From Actinopolymorphaceae bacterium (lineage in GTDB: Bacteria > Actinomycetota > Actinomycetes > Propionibacteriales > DAIQRJ01): a stretch of 64,000 nucleotides of DNA. The translations under genes were made by a program, and so were the position numbers. The stretch covers positions 12,267-76,266 of the forward strand of contig DAIQRJ010000012.1 in NCBI GenBank assembly GCA_036786375.1, read 5' to 3'. Positions 24,442 to 33,989 of the stretch are shown here, one piece after another (positions within the stretch are counted from its first letter, which is position 1; each line of letters begins with the position of its first letter). The notes under the pieces were generated by a model that saw nothing but the letters and a program-made list of their open reading frames with translations, made no database searches and had not been told where the DNA came from.

Positions 24442-25892
24442 GCTTCGTTGGGGCACACCCGGAGATCGCCGCCGCTGCGATCGACCTCGGGGCGACGTCC
24501 GGGCGTGTCGTGGTCGGGCGCGTCGCCGCGGATCGGCTCGACCTCACCGAAGTGGCGCGGTTCGCCAACACGCCCCACGAGGTCGACGGTGTCTGGCGGT
24601 GGGATCTCGCGTCGCTGTGGCGTGAGATCGGTGCCGGTGTCCGGGTCGCGGTGCTCGAGCACGGTGCGACGACGGTGGGAATCGATTCGTGGGCTGTCGA
24701 TTACGGCCTGCTCGATGCCGGCGGACGACTCCTGGCCGACCCGGCCTGCTACCGCGATCCGCGCACCGAGCGCGTGCTCGAGCCGGCCGGTGCGATCGTC
24801 GGGCGTGCCGCGCACTACCGGATCACCGGCCTGCAGTACCAGCCGTTCAACTCCGTCTACCAGTTGCTCGCCGAACCGCCGGATGTGCTCGGGGCCAAGG
24901 CCGAGCGGATGCTGCTGCTGCCCGATCTTCTGAGCTACCTGATGACCGGGGTGCAGGGCGCGGAGCGGACGAACGCGTCGACGACGGGTCTCTACGACGC
25001 CGTCTCGGGCACGTGGTCGAGTGAGCTGTGTGACCGGCTGGGGATCCCGACGTCGCTGCTCGCGCCGTTGGTCGAGCCCGGGTCGTCCGCAGGCTGGATC
25101 CGCCCCGAGGTGGCGCAGGCATGGGGAATCGACGCGGACGCACAGATCGAGGTCGTGCGGGTCGGCTCGCACGACACGGCCTCGGCCGTCGCCGCGGTGC
25201 CGGCCGACGGTGACCGGTTCGCCTACGTCTCGTGCGGGACCTGGTCACTCGTCGGCCTCGAACTCGACGCCCCCGTGCTCACCGAAGCGAGCCGGGCGGC
25301 GAACTTCACCAATGAGGTCGGCACCGACTCGACGATCCGCTACCTGCGCAACCTGACCGGGCTGTGGCTGTTGTCGGAATGCCTGCGTGCGTGGGCCGAC
25401 GCGGGCAGCCCACATGACCGCGACGAGCTGATCGCGCGTGCCGTGGAGTTGCCGGCCGGACGGTGGCGGATCGACGCCGAGTCCGCCGGGTTCGTCCCCG
25501 CGGGCGACATGCCGGCCCGGATCCAAGCGGCGGCCGCCCGACGAGGTCCGGCGCCGACCGAGCCTGCGGAGGTGGTGCGCTGCATCGTCGACAGCCTCGC
25601 CGTCGCGCATGCGGACAGCGTCGCGCTCGCCGGCCGGCTCGCGGATCGTCGCGTCGATGTCGTCCACATGGTCGGCGGGGGTAGCGCGATGGGCCTGCTG
25701 TGCCAGGCAACGGCCGATGCATGCGGTCTGCCGGTGGTGGCCGGGCCCGTTGAGGCGACCGCCATCGGCAACCTGCTCATGCAGGCACGCGCGGCCGGTG
25801 TCCTGCCGACCGGTGCCGAGGGGCACGCGGCGGGTCGGGCGCTCGTCCGCGCCACGCAACCGCTCACCCGGTACGAACCCGGCGGGCGGTAG
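24438..25892 (+). CDS. rhaB: Rhamnulokinase (FGGY family)
   Basis: AIDLGATSGRV, GIDSWAVDYGLLD, ERTNASTTGL, SHDTASAV, SCGTWSLVG, GPVEATAIGN. Confidence 0.92.
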   Translation: MSFVGAHPEIAAAAIDLGATSGRVVVGRVAADRLDLTEVARFANTPHEVDGVWRWDLASLWREIGAGVRVAVLEHGATTVGIDSWAVDYGLLDAGGRLLADPACYRDPRTERVLEPAGAIVGRAAHYRITGLQYQPFNSVYQLLAEPPDVLGAKAERMLLLPDLLSYLMTGVQGAERTNASTTGLYDAVSGTWSSELCDRLGIPTSLLAPLVEPGSSAGWIRPEVAQAWGIDADAQIEVVRVGSHDTASAVAAVPADGDRFAYVSCGTWSLVGLELDAPVLTEASRAANFTNEVGTDSTIRYLRNLTGLWLLSECLRAWADAGSPHDRDELIARAVELPAGRWRIDAESAGFVPAGDMPARIQAAAARRGPAPTEPAEVVRCIVDSLAVAHADSVALAGRLADRRVDVVHMVGGGSAMGLLCQATADACGLPVVAGPVEATAIGNLLMQARAAGVLPTGAEGHAAGRALVRATQPLTRYEPGGR

Positions 25893-25916
25893 CCGACCGT
25901 CCGCAACACCTAGCGC

Positions 25917-27104
25917 TCAGCCGCGCACGTCACTCCACGGTCGCGCCATGATCTCGGCGAAACCGTCCTCGTCGATCTCGACGCCGAGCCCGGGCCTGGT
26001 CGGAACCGCGACGCAGCCGTCGTCGCCGAGCACGAACGGCTCGCGCAGATAACCCCGGCCGATGATCGTCTCGCCGTGCATCCGCGAGTCGTTGACCTCG
26101 TTGTGCTCCTGCACGAGGAAGTTCGGGATCACGGCATCGAGCTGGATCGACGCGGCCAGCGCGAGCGGGCTCAACGGGCAGTGCAGGGCGACTTTCGCGT
26201 AGCCGGCTTCGGCGATGGCCGCGATCTTGCGGCACTCGGTGATGCCGCCGGCGTGGGCGAGGTCGGGCTGGACGACGGCGAGGGCACCACTTCTGACGGC
26301 GTCGAAGAACACCCACTTGCCCATCCAGCGCTCACCCGCGGCCAGGGGCGCGGTGGTGTGCCGGGCGATGTCGGCCAGCGTCTCCGTCCGTTCGATCGGC
26401 ATCGGCTCCTCGACGAACAGCGGACGGTGCGGCGTGAGCGCCTCGATCAGCTGCATCCCTATGCGGGGATGCGGATTGTGGATGTCGATGGCGACGTCCA
26501 CGTCGGGTCCGGCGCCTTCGCGGACGGCCGCGAACAGATCCGCGATGCGGTCGACGTCCGAGGTCGTCTCGAGCCCGCCACCAGGGGCGACATGCGCCTT
26601 CAACGCACGGAATCCCCACTCCTGCACGAGAATCCGGGCACAGTCGGCCCAGGCGTCGCGGTTCCAGCGGTCGCCCAACGGTGGCCGGTAGCCGGCGCGG
26701 TAGGGCTGGCCGGGCTCGACGCAGTGCGGTGGCGCGTGCCCGACGGCGCGGTACATCTTGATGCGATCGCGGGTCGCGCCGCCGAGAAGCTGATGGACCG
26801 GCAGACCCGCCGCTTTTCCGGCGATGTCCCACAACGCCATGTCGATGCCGCTGATCGCACTCATCGTGACCGCGCCGCCTTTGTAGCCCAGGCCACCCTC
26901 GTACATGGATGCCCAGAGGGCTTCGATGCGGAGCGGGTCCTGGCCGATCAGCAGCGGCTCGAGCCGCTTCACCTCGGCGATCACGCTGTCGCCGTGGTTC
27001 TCCAGGTAGGGCTCGCCCGAGCCCACCAGCCCGTCGTCGGTGTGCACCCGCAGCCAGACCCATGACGGCGGCACCTTCAGAAACTCGAGCCGGGTGATCT
27101 TCAT
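25917..27104 (-). CDS. Mandelate racemase/enolase superfamily dehydratase, galactonate dehydratase-like
   Basis: MKITRLEFLKVPPSWVWLRVHTDDG..G.GE, AISGIDMALWDI.GK, AIDIH, FVEEP, AAGER, QPDLAHAGGITE, HCPLSP. Confidence 0.85.
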   Translation of the reverse strand: MKITRLEFLKVPPSWVWLRVHTDDGLVGSGEPYLENHGDSVIAEVKRLEPLLIGQDPLRIEALWASMYEGGLGYKGGAVTMSAISGIDMALWDIAGKAAGLPVHQLLGGATRDRIKMYRAVGHAPPHCVEPGQPYRAGYRPPLGDRWNRDAWADCARILVQEWGFRALKAHVAPGGGLETTSDVDRIADLFAAVREGAGPDVDVAIDIHNPHPRIGMQLIEALTPHRPLFVEEPMPIERTETLADIARHTTAPLAAGERWMGKWVFFDAVRSGALAVVQPDLAHAGGITECRKIAAIAEAGYAKVALHCPLSPLALAASIQLDAVIPNFLVQEHNEVNDSRMHGETIIGRGYLREPFVLGDDGCVAVPTRPGLGVEIDEDGFAEIMARPWSDVRG

Positions 27105-27170
27105 GGGTGTTGTCGCACTTCCGATCGAGTCGGTATATCGGGCCGGGCGGACGGCGGCGCGCGCGCCAAA

Positions 27171-27227
27171 CGAGACTGCAGAAGAACCGCACCCAGCGAC
27201 AACCGCGACCGGTTCTTCTGCAGTTCG
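27171..27227. repeat. REP-like hairpin, left copy
   Basis: Perfect 15-bp arms ACTGCAGAAGAACCG (27175-27189) / CGGTTCTTCTGCAGT (27210-27224) with a 20-nt loop. Confidence 0.85.
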
Positions 27228-27244
27228 ACGCCAGGGAACCCGTG

Positions 27245-27281
27245 TTGTCCACAGTTGCATGCGCGTCCGTGGTCGTCCACA
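27245..27281 (+). promoter_or_regulatory. Two directly oriented DnaA-box-like 9-mers: TTGTCCACA (27245-27253) and TCGTCCACA (27273-27281)
   Basis: The first matches the actinobacterial consensus TTGTCCACA exactly; the second has one mismatch. Both are followed by G and are 28 bp apart. Confidence 0.55.
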
Positions 27282-27333
27282 GATCGGACCGGCAACGGTC
27301 GGATCCGTCCGCTCCTGGCTCAGGCTGCGGTGC

Positions 27334-28206
27334 ATGACCGCGAGAGAACCCGTTCCCGAACGCCTGGCGCGAGGTCCCTTCACCACCCGCGACGGACTGC
27401 GTCACGGCATCGGGCGGCACGTGCTGGAAGGCCGTGCGATCGCGAGGGTCACCCGCGGCGTCCATGTCGTCGGCCACGTCGATGAGACGGCTCTGCTCAA
27501 AGGCCTCCTGCTGGTGCTTCCCGCGGGATCGGTGTTCAGCTGCCACACGTCCGCCCGCCTGTGGTCCCTTCCCGCCGGCTGGACGAACTCGACGCACGTG
27601 CACGTCCAGGCGCCGGGGCAGGTGCGACGAGCGGGCGTCGTCGCGCATGTCGGTGTGCCCGATGACGTCGTTCGTCGTCATGGCCTGCCTGTCACCTCGC
27701 CCGTCGCAACCTTTGTCGATCTCGCTGTGCATCTCGACGACGCTGAGTTGCTCGCGTGCGGCGATGCGATCGTGCGACGTGGCTTCACGACGGTCGATGG
27801 ACTCGTCGCGGCAACGGCTACGGCGACACGGCGTCGAGGGTCCGCTCGCGCCCGTCGGGTGGCCTCGCTCGTCCGTCCCGGTGTCGATTCGCCGATGGAG
27901 TCGCTCCTTCGGCACGTGCTGACGACCGCCGGCCTGCCGGAGCCGGAGGTCAACCTCGACGTCGTCGACAGCCACGGCGGGTGGATCGCCCGACCCGACC
28001 TCAGCTATCCCGACCGACGCATCGCGATTGAGTACGACGGACGGCACCACTTCGACGACCGCCGCCAGTGGGAGAACGACATCGCCCGACGGCACAACCT
28101 CGAGGACGAGGGTTGGGTCGTCCGGATCGCGACCGACCGCGATGTGTTCGTGCAGGCGGACCGGTTCGGCGCGGAGATGCGCGCCCTGTGGCGCCGCCGC
28201 GCGTGA
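27334..28206 (+). CDS. DUF559-type (Vsr/PD-(D/E)XK-like) nuclease with AbiEi-like N-terminal region
   Basis: SCHTSARLWSLP, PVTSPVATFVDL, DSPMESLLRHVL..AGLPEPEVN, ARPDLSY...IAIEYDGRHH, DIARRHNLEDEGW. Confidence 0.85.
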   Translation: MTAREPVPERLARGPFTTRDGLRHGIGRHVLEGRAIARVTRGVHVVGHVDETALLKGLLLVLPAGSVFSCHTSARLWSLPAGWTNSTHVHVQAPGQVRRAGVVAHVGVPDDVVRRHGLPVTSPVATFVDLAVHLDDAELLACGDAIVRRGFTTVDGLVAATATATRRRGSARARRVASLVRPGVDSPMESLLRHVLTTAGLPEPEVNLDVVDSHGGWIARPDLSYPDRRIAIEYDGRHHFDDRRQWENDIARRHNLEDEGWVVRIATDRDVFVQADRFGAEMRALWRRRA

Positions 28207-28263
28207 GACTGCAGGAGAACCGCATCAGCGAGCGATGGGACGCGGTTGTTCTGCAGTCTCACG
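28202..28263. repeat. REP-like hairpin, right copy; overlaps the DUF559 stop codon
   Basis: 22-bp arms CGTGAGACTGCAGGAGAACCGC / GCGGTTGTTCTGCAGTCTCACG (2 non-Watson-Crick positions) with an 18-nt loop. Shares GAGACTGCAGRAGAACCGCA with the left copy, in the same orientation. Confidence 0.85.
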
Positions 28264-28294
28264 TCCCTCCAGGCCGCGGTAGACGCCGGCGGGG

Positions 28295-30088
28295 TCAGCC
28301 CTCGATCGCTGCCTTCTTCGACTGTGCTGAGCGGATCCGCTCCATCTCGACCTTCTCGGAGCGGTCGAACATGTAGATCCCGTTCTGCTCCTGGAACACG
28401 TCGGTCAGCTGCGTGTAGCAGTAGCCGAACATCAGCGGGTCGTCCAGCAGCGCCGCAACCAGGCCCTCGAAGCGTGTGTAGAACTCCTCCAGCGACGCCG
28501 GACGCTGCCCGTAGCCCCACGAGACGCTGCGGTCGTCGCGGGCGCCGGGCTGCCACCAGATGCCGCCGAACTCGCTGCAGAAGTAGGGCTGTCCCGCATA
28601 CGGCGTCGACCAGCCGGTCTCGCCCTGGTCCCGCCCGTTCTCGTACGGCATCCCGTCGGCCAACGGAGCCATCACCGCGGCGAACGCGGCCGGGTCCTGC
28701 TCGTAGTTGTGCGAGTCCCAGACGTCGGTCTCGCGAACCCGGTGTGAGTAGCCGGACGCGTCGAGCACCGGCCGGGTCGAGTCGATGGCCTTGGTGGCAA
28801 GGAACATCCCGGTCGTCACGTCGTCGAGCTGGGTGATCCGGTCGTGCAGATCCTGGTGCGTCTCGTTCAGCGGGCACCAGCCGACGATGGCCGGATGCGA
28901 GTAGTCGCGCTCGACCGCCTCCAGCCACTGGGTGATGTAGCTCGCCGTCGGCTGCTGGTTGTCGGAGTGATGACCGCCCACGTTGCTGCCCCAGTCGCCG
29001 AACTCGCCCCAGACCAGGTAGCCGAGCCGATCCGCGTGGAACAGGAAGCGCTCCTCGAACACCTTCTGGTGCAGGCGCGCCCCGTTGAAGCCCGCTGCCA
29101 TCGACAACTCGATGTCGCGGACGAGCGCGGCATCCGACGGTGCGGTGAGGATGCCGTCGCGGTAGAAGCCCTGGTCGAGCACGAGCCGCTGGAAGACGGG
29201 TTTCCCGTTCAGCAGAACGGCTTTCCCGTCGATGCCGACACTGCGCAGCCCTCCATAGGAGGTGACCGTGTCCAGGACGGAGCCATCCGCACCGAGGAGC
29301 TCGAGCACGAGGTCGTAGAGGAACGGGTCGGCCGGGCTCCACAACCGGACCGAGTCCTCGGCGGACAGGCGCAGCCGCACGGACAGGTCGAGATCGGCGC
29401 GCACGGTGACCGAGTCGAGCATCGTCCCATCGGCCGACAACGTCGCACGCACCGATGTCCCGGCACGATCCCCGCGGAGCGGGACGACGACATCGAACAC
29501 CGACTCGCCGACGTTCGGCGTCACCCGGGCGCGTTCGAGATGCACCTTGTGCGGAACGGGTTCCATCCACACGGTCTGCCAGATGCCGGTCGTCCTGGTG
29601 TAGTCGCAGTCGTGGTTCGCGTACTTGCGTGACTGCTTGCCGCCCGCCCGCACCATGTGCCGGCTGTCGCGCGCCCGGACGACGACCGTGACGGTGGACC
29701 CGCCGACATCACCCAGGTCGGCCGTGATCGGCGTCCAGCCGCCGCGGTGGCGGGCCACCTCGACACCGTCGGCCCAGATGGTCGTGTCGTGGTCGGACGC
29801 TTGCAGGTGCAGAAGCACGCGCTGACCCGACCAGGCCGCCGGGACCTCGACGTCACGCCGGTACCAGACGGCCTCGTGGAAGTCGACGTCGCCGATGCCC
29901 GAGAGTTCGGACTCGGGCGTGAACGGAACGATGATCTCGCCGTCCAGGGCAGCGCCGACGAGGCCTCGCTCGAACCCGGAATCTCCCGGGTCGAAGGCGA
30001 ATCCCCACACTCCGTTGAGGTTCACCCACGGCTCGCGGACGAAGGACGGGCGGGGGTATTCGGGTCGAGGCGTCTGGTCGGTGCTCAC
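28295..30088 (-). CDS. Glycoside hydrolase family 2 (beta-galactosidase/glucuronidase-like)
   Basis: PRPEYPRP..VR..WVNLNG.W.F, YTRTTGIWQTVWME, RLVLDQG, NGARLHQK, NHPS-like SHPAIVGWCPLNE, SEFGG, GYCYTQLTDVFQEQNG. Confidence 0.9.
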   Translation of the reverse strand: MSTDQTPRPEYPRPSFVREPWVNLNGVWGFAFDPGDSGFERGLVGAALDGEIIVPFTPESELSGIGDVDFHEAVWYRRDVEVPAAWSGQRVLLHLQASDHDTTIWADGVEVARHRGGWTPITADLGDVGGSTVTVVVRARDSRHMVRAGGKQSRKYANHDCDYTRTTGIWQTVWMEPVPHKVHLERARVTPNVGESVFDVVVPLRGDRAGTSVRATLSADGTMLDSVTVRADLDLSVRLRLSAEDSVRLWSPADPFLYDLVLELLGADGSVLDTVTSYGGLRSVGIDGKAVLLNGKPVFQRLVLDQGFYRDGILTAPSDAALVRDIELSMAAGFNGARLHQKVFEERFLFHADRLGYLVWGEFGDWGSNVGGHHSDNQQPTASYITQWLEAVERDYSHPAIVGWCPLNETHQDLHDRITQLDDVTTGMFLATKAIDSTRPVLDASGYSHRVRETDVWDSHNYEQDPAAFAAVMAPLADGMPYENGRDQGETGWSTPYAGQPYFCSEFGGIWWQPGARDDRSVSWGYGQRPASLEEFYTRFEGLVAALLDDPLMFGYCYTQLTDVFQEQNGIYMFDRSEKVEMERIRSAQSKKAAIEG

Positions 30089-30205
30089 GATCCCCAAGCT
30101 TGACCGAGCCGACCGCCACCTGCGCCCGCGGGTCCGCAGGACGGGACGAATTGGCCGCTGGTGGACGCAGCCGCCCGGCCGCCCGGTACCAGCCAGTGCA
30201 ACGCG

Positions 30206-30700
30206 TCAGGCGAACAGGAGCTCGCCGCCACGTCGGTGTTCGAGATCGAGCAGTGCCCGCTTGAGGGGCAGCCCGCCCCCGTAGCCGGTGAGCGATCCGT
30301 CGCTGCCGATGACCCGGTGGCAGGGGAGCACGATCGGGATCGGGTTCCGTCCGTTGGTGGCTCCGACGGCACGGGTGGCCGTCGGCCGCCCGACTCGCTC
30401 GGCGAGCCAGCGGTAGGACTCCGTCCGGCCGTAGGGGATCTCGGCGAGGGCGAACCACACCTCGCGCTGGAAGGCCGTGCCGGCCGGATCCAGTGGCAGG
30501 TCGAAGTCCTCGCGCGTACCGGCAAGGTATTCCCGGAGTTGCTCGATCGCCCTGTCCGCCACGGCATTCGTGGCGTCGTCGTCGGAATCGCAGGTCGCGA
30601 TGGCGGTGCCGTTGGGCAGCACGATCGTGGTGATGTGGGCGTGCTCGGCGACGACGTGCAGGACGCCCAGGTCGGTGTCGAGTCGGCGGACGGCGGTCAT
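30206..30700 (-). CDS. ogt: Methylated-DNA--protein-cysteine methyltransferase
   Basis: [34 protein letters not shown] active site. Confidence 0.93.
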   Translation of the reverse strand: MTAVRRLDTDLGVLHVVAEHAHITTIVLPNGTAIATCDSDDDATNAVADRAIEQLREYLAGTREDFDLPLDPAGTAFQREVWFALAEIPYGRTESYRWLAERVGRPTATRAVGATNGRNPIPIVLPCHRVIGSDGSLTGYGGGLPLKRALLDLEHRRGGELLFA

Positions 30701-32211
30701 GAGGCAACCTCGAGTTCAGCGGCAGCGGGGGTCGGCGGAGCGACCACGGGCAGAACGGCAGCGGGTTCGTAGCGGGAGTTCGTCCACAGCAGCTGTGCGG
30801 TCCAGCTGCGGAGCGGGCTCCAGCCGGCCGCGTGCGCAGCCAGCTCACGGGTCGTGGACGGAAGCCCGAGTCGGCCGGCCTCCCGCCGCAGGATCAGGTC
30901 GCCGGCCGGGAACGCGTCCGGGTCACCGAGCGCCCGCAGCCGGATGTAGTCGAGCGTCCACGCGCCGATGCCCGGGAGTCCCACGAGGGCCGCGGCGGAC
31001 GCCTGGAACGACGCAGCCGGATCAAGCGGGACGGTGCCGTCGAGAACGCCTGCGGTCAGTGCCTGCAGCGTGCGGTTTCGTGAACCCGGCATGGGAAGGG
31101 GCTCGCTGGCCCGGACTGCGTCGGGGGAAGGGAATGCGTGCGTGAGCGAGCCGCCGGTGTCCTCGACCGGCGTACCTGCCCGCGCGACGAGCAGCCCGGC
31201 GAGCCGTGCGGCGGCGGCGACCGACACCTGCTGCCCCAGCACGGCGCGAACCGCGGTCTCGTAGGTGTTGGTGCTGCCCGGTAACCGCAGCCCGGCGAAG
31301 CGTTCGGCCAGCGGCACGAGTACCGGGTCGTGCTCGAACACCTGTGCCCGGCCAACCGGGTCAGCGTCGAGGTCGAGCAAACGCCGGCACCGTGCCACCG
31401 CGGCCGACAGGTCACGCAGATCCGTCAGCTCGAGGTGGGCCTCGACGAAGCCGGACCGTGGCGTGAGCTCGACGATGCCGTGGCCGCTGGGCAGCGAAAG
31501 CACCCGGCGGTACGTGCCGTCGACGATCTCCTCCAGGCCCGAAATCAGCCGGGACTCAAGGAACGCCCAGAGATCGACGGCGTCGAACGGCTCCCGGTAG
31601 GCCAGCCGCAGTCGGAGACCAGGATGGGTGTCAGCGGTCCGCCCGGACCCGCCCCGCCGCTCGCGCAGCTCGCTGGGTGTGCAGCCGAAGACCTCGCGCA
31701 CGGTGTCGTTGAACTGCCGGATGCTGCCGAACCCGGCGGCGAACGCGACGTCGGCGAACGCAAGCTCGGTCGTCTGGGCCAGGATCCGGGCGGCGTGCGC
31801 GCGACGCGCCCGAGCGAGTTGCAGCGGACCTGCCCCCAGCTCACCGGTGAGGATGCGGTTCAGCTGTCGTGAGCTGTAGCCGAGCCGGTCGGACAATCCT
31901 TCGATGCCGTGCCGCTCGACATAACCGTCGTCGACCAGCCGTACGGCCCGGGCGGCGACGTGGGCCGCGTGATCGTAGGCGGGGGAGCCGGGTACAGCGT
32001 CGGGTCGGCAGCGCCGGCACGCGCGGAACCCGGCGAGCTGTGCGGCCGCCGACGTCGGATAGAACCGCACGTTGCCGCGTAGCGGCGTCCGCGCCGGGCA
32101 CGACGGCCGGCAGTAGATCCCGGTCGTGCGCACACCGGTGAAGAACCAGCCGTCGAAGCGTGGATCGCGGGTGGTGACGGCGGTGTAGCAGGCGTCCTGA
32201 TCAAGCTCCAT
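30697..32211 (-). CDS. alkA: AdaA-AlkA fusion: Ada metal-binding/AraC domain plus DNA-3-methyladenine glycosylase II
   Basis: [52 protein letters not shown]. Confidence 0.93.
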   Translation of the reverse strand: MELDQDACYTAVTTRDPRFDGWFFTGVRTTGIYCRPSCPARTPLRGNVRFYPTSAAAQLAGFRACRRCRPDAVPGSPAYDHAAHVAARAVRLVDDGYVERHGIEGLSDRLGYSSRQLNRILTGELGAGPLQLARARRAHAARILAQTTELAFADVAFAAGFGSIRQFNDTVREVFGCTPSELRERRGGSGRTADTHPGLRLRLAYREPFDAVDLWAFLESRLISGLEEIVDGTYRRVLSLPSGHGIVELTPRSGFVEAHLELTDLRDLSAAVARCRRLLDLDADPVGRAQVFEHDPVLVPLAERFAGLRLPGSTNTYETAVRAVLGQQVSVAAAARLAGLLVARAGTPVEDTGGSLTHAFPSPDAVRASEPLPMPGSRNRTLQALTAGVLDGTVPLDPAASFQASAAALVGLPGIGAWTLDYIRLRALGDPDAFPAGDLILRREAGRLGLPSTTRELAAHAAGWSPLRSWTAQLLWTNSRYEPAAVLPVVAPPTPAAAELEVAS

Positions 32212-32283
32212 GGCCCTACAGTGCCACGCCGGACGACCGGCGACTAGCGGTTTCCGGACAACGCGGTGGGTCGGGATGAAGCG

Positions 32284-33345
32284 TCAGTCGAACGTCAGCG
32301 GCGCGGCCAGGGTGCAACCGGGACTGGGGATAGCGAGCGTGAACGACGTTGCCGCTGGGATGCCGGTGGTGGCGTCGAGGTCGAAAACGGTGACGTCGTG
32401 GGAGCGCTCGTTCGCCACGTACAGGTGGGTGCCGATGACCGCGAGATGGCGTGGCCACGCGCCGCCGGTCGGCGTGTCCGCCACCGGGGTGACCGACGCA
32501 CCGTCGAGTGCGATCGTGCCCACGAGATCGGCGCCGCGGTTCGCGACGTAAGCGAACTTCCCGTCGATGTCGACGGCGATCTCGGACGGGTAGTTCTCCT
32601 GCCCGACAGGCTGGACGGTCGATCCGCCGACGGCCGCGGCCGCCAGCGTCCCGTCGCTGTCGTCGAACGAGTAGCTCGCGACAGTCGAGTTGAGTTCGTT
32701 CGCGACGTAGACCCAGCCGTGTGAGAGCGACACGAGGTGCCGTGGGCCGGCACCCGGAGCGGTGGCGACGATCGGGGTGGCGCCCGGCTTCAGCGTGCCC
32801 GTCTCGAGGTCGAGGGAGTACACGTAGACCGCGTCGGTGCCCAGGTCGTTGACGAGCAGCCAGCGCCCGGACGCGTCGAACTTGGCCTGGTGGGCATGCG
32901 CGTGGTCCTGCCGGGCCTTGTTCGGGCCCAACGGCTCGGTGTGGCTGACGAGATCGGTCTGCTCGCCGAGGCTGCCGTCGGCACCGATCCGGTGCACGAC
33001 GACGGTTCCGTTGCCGTAGTTGGCCGCCACGAGGAACGTGCCGGACGGGTCGACGCTGAGGTGACACGGGCCCTCGCCGCCGTCGGGCACGGTTCCGAGG
33101 TCGGTCAGGGTGCCGTCCTCGGCCACCCGGAATGCCTGCATCGTCGACGTCGACTCGTTCACGGCGTAGAGGGTGTGGCCGTCCGGGTGCCAGGCGAGGA
33201 ATGCGGGTGACGAGGTGGTGGCGACGAGCCGCGGGTTGACCAGCTCGCCGGTCTCGACGTCCTGGTCGACCAGCGTGATTCCGGCACCGGTGCCACCAGG
33301 TGGAGTGAACGATCCGATGTACACGCGGCGGGTGGGACTCGACAT
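32284..33345 (-). CDS. Lactonase family protein (6-phosphogluconolactonase-like beta-propeller)
   Basis: VYIGSFT, GPCHLSVD, AANYGNG, HAHQ, DLGTD, GAGPRH, ELNST, WPRH. Confidence 0.88.
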   Translation of the reverse strand: MSSPTRRVYIGSFTPPGGTGAGITLVDQDVETGELVNPRLVATTSSPAFLAWHPDGHTLYAVNESTSTMQAFRVAEDGTLTDLGTVPDGGEGPCHLSVDPSGTFLVAANYGNGTVVVHRIGADGSLGEQTDLVSHTEPLGPNKARQDHAHAHQAKFDASGRWLLVNDLGTDAVYVYSLDLETGTLKPGATPIVATAPGAGPRHLVSLSHGWVYVANELNSTVASYSFDDSDGTLAAAAVGGSTVQPVGQENYPSEIAVDIDGKFAYVANRGADLVGTIALDGASVTPVADTPTGGAWPRHLAVIGTHLYVANERSHDVTVFDLDATTGIPAATSFTLAIPSPGCTLAAPLTFD

Positions 33346-33406
33346 CGGATGCCTCCAGGCTGACGCGGACAATGCCGCGCCAGCCTAGCGAGGGACGAGG
33401 CCCGAC

Positions 33407-33829
33407 CTACCCGGCGACGACATTCGTGCCGCTGACCTTGACCTTGACGGCCGCGAGTGGCTTGGTCGCCGGCCCACCGAGTACCGCTCCGGTGAACGCA
33501 TCGAAGCGTGAGCCGTGGCACGGGCAGTCGATCTCCTTGCCCGTCGGGGCGGCCGTGCATCCCATGTGCGTGCAGATCGCGGTGAAGGCGGTGATGTCGC
33601 CCTTGGTCGCCTGCGAGATCACGATCGGGGCGTCACCGATCTTCGCTGCGACCGCACCGCCGACGGGGACTTCGCTCAGTGCCATCAGCACGGCGCTGCC
33701 GGCGGCGGGAGCCTCGGTCGTCGAGGTCTTGGATTTGGATCCGCACGCCGCGAGGACGACCAGGGCTCCGCTCGCGCCTGCGCCCAGGAGGATCTGACGT
33801 CGGGTCGTGTCTGCTCGGCTATCGCTCAT
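33407..33829 (-). CDS. Rieske (2Fe-2S) domain lipoprotein with Tat-like signal
   Basis: CTHMGC and CPCHGSRF boxes; TRRQILLG...LAAC signal and lipobox. Confidence 0.9.
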   Translation of the reverse strand: MSDSRADTTRRQILLGAGASGALVVLAACGSKSKTSTTEAPAAGSAVLMALSEVPVGGAVAAKIGDAPIVISQATKGDITAFTAICTHMGCTAAPTGKEIDCPCHGSRFDAFTGAVLGGPATKPLAAVKVKVSGTNVVAG

Positions 33830-33837
33830 GCCGTTGA

Positions 33838-33863
33838 AACGAACACAGTTCTGGATCGGTTCA
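33838..33863 (-). promoter_or_regulatory. ECF (SigL-type) promoter TGAACC-N16-CGTT facing the Rieske gene
   Basis: The minus strand reads TGAACC GATCCAGAACTGTGTT CGTT, ending 8 nt before the ATG. Confidence 0.65.
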
Positions 33864-33894
33864 CCGAATGCTTCGAACGTGTGTAACGAGAATG

Positions 33895-33920
33895 TGAACC
33901 GATCGGCGTGCAGATCCGTG
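33895..33920 (+). promoter_or_regulatory. ECF (SigL-type) promoter TGAACC-N16-CGTG facing the sigma gene
   Basis: TGAACC GATCGGCGTGCAGATC CGTG read directly; shares TGAACCGATC with the divergent promoter. Confidence 0.65.
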
Positions 33921-33989
33921 GTGAAAAGCGGGACCATGGTGGTCCCGGGCCGGTTGTCGTGAGGCGATGTGCGGGTACGAGGAGGCGGA

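Noticed and set aside
27171-28263. Conventional IS element or CRISPR repeat interpretation of the hairpins
   Set aside because: No DDE/HUH/serine transposase motifs, no terminal inverted-repeat pair with target duplication, only two copies about 1 kb apart and no spacer array.
33835-33846. TGAAACGAACAC as a fourth LacI/rhamnose operator
   Set aside because: Only the left half-site matches, and it is better explained as the CGTT -10 element of the minus-strand ECF promoter.
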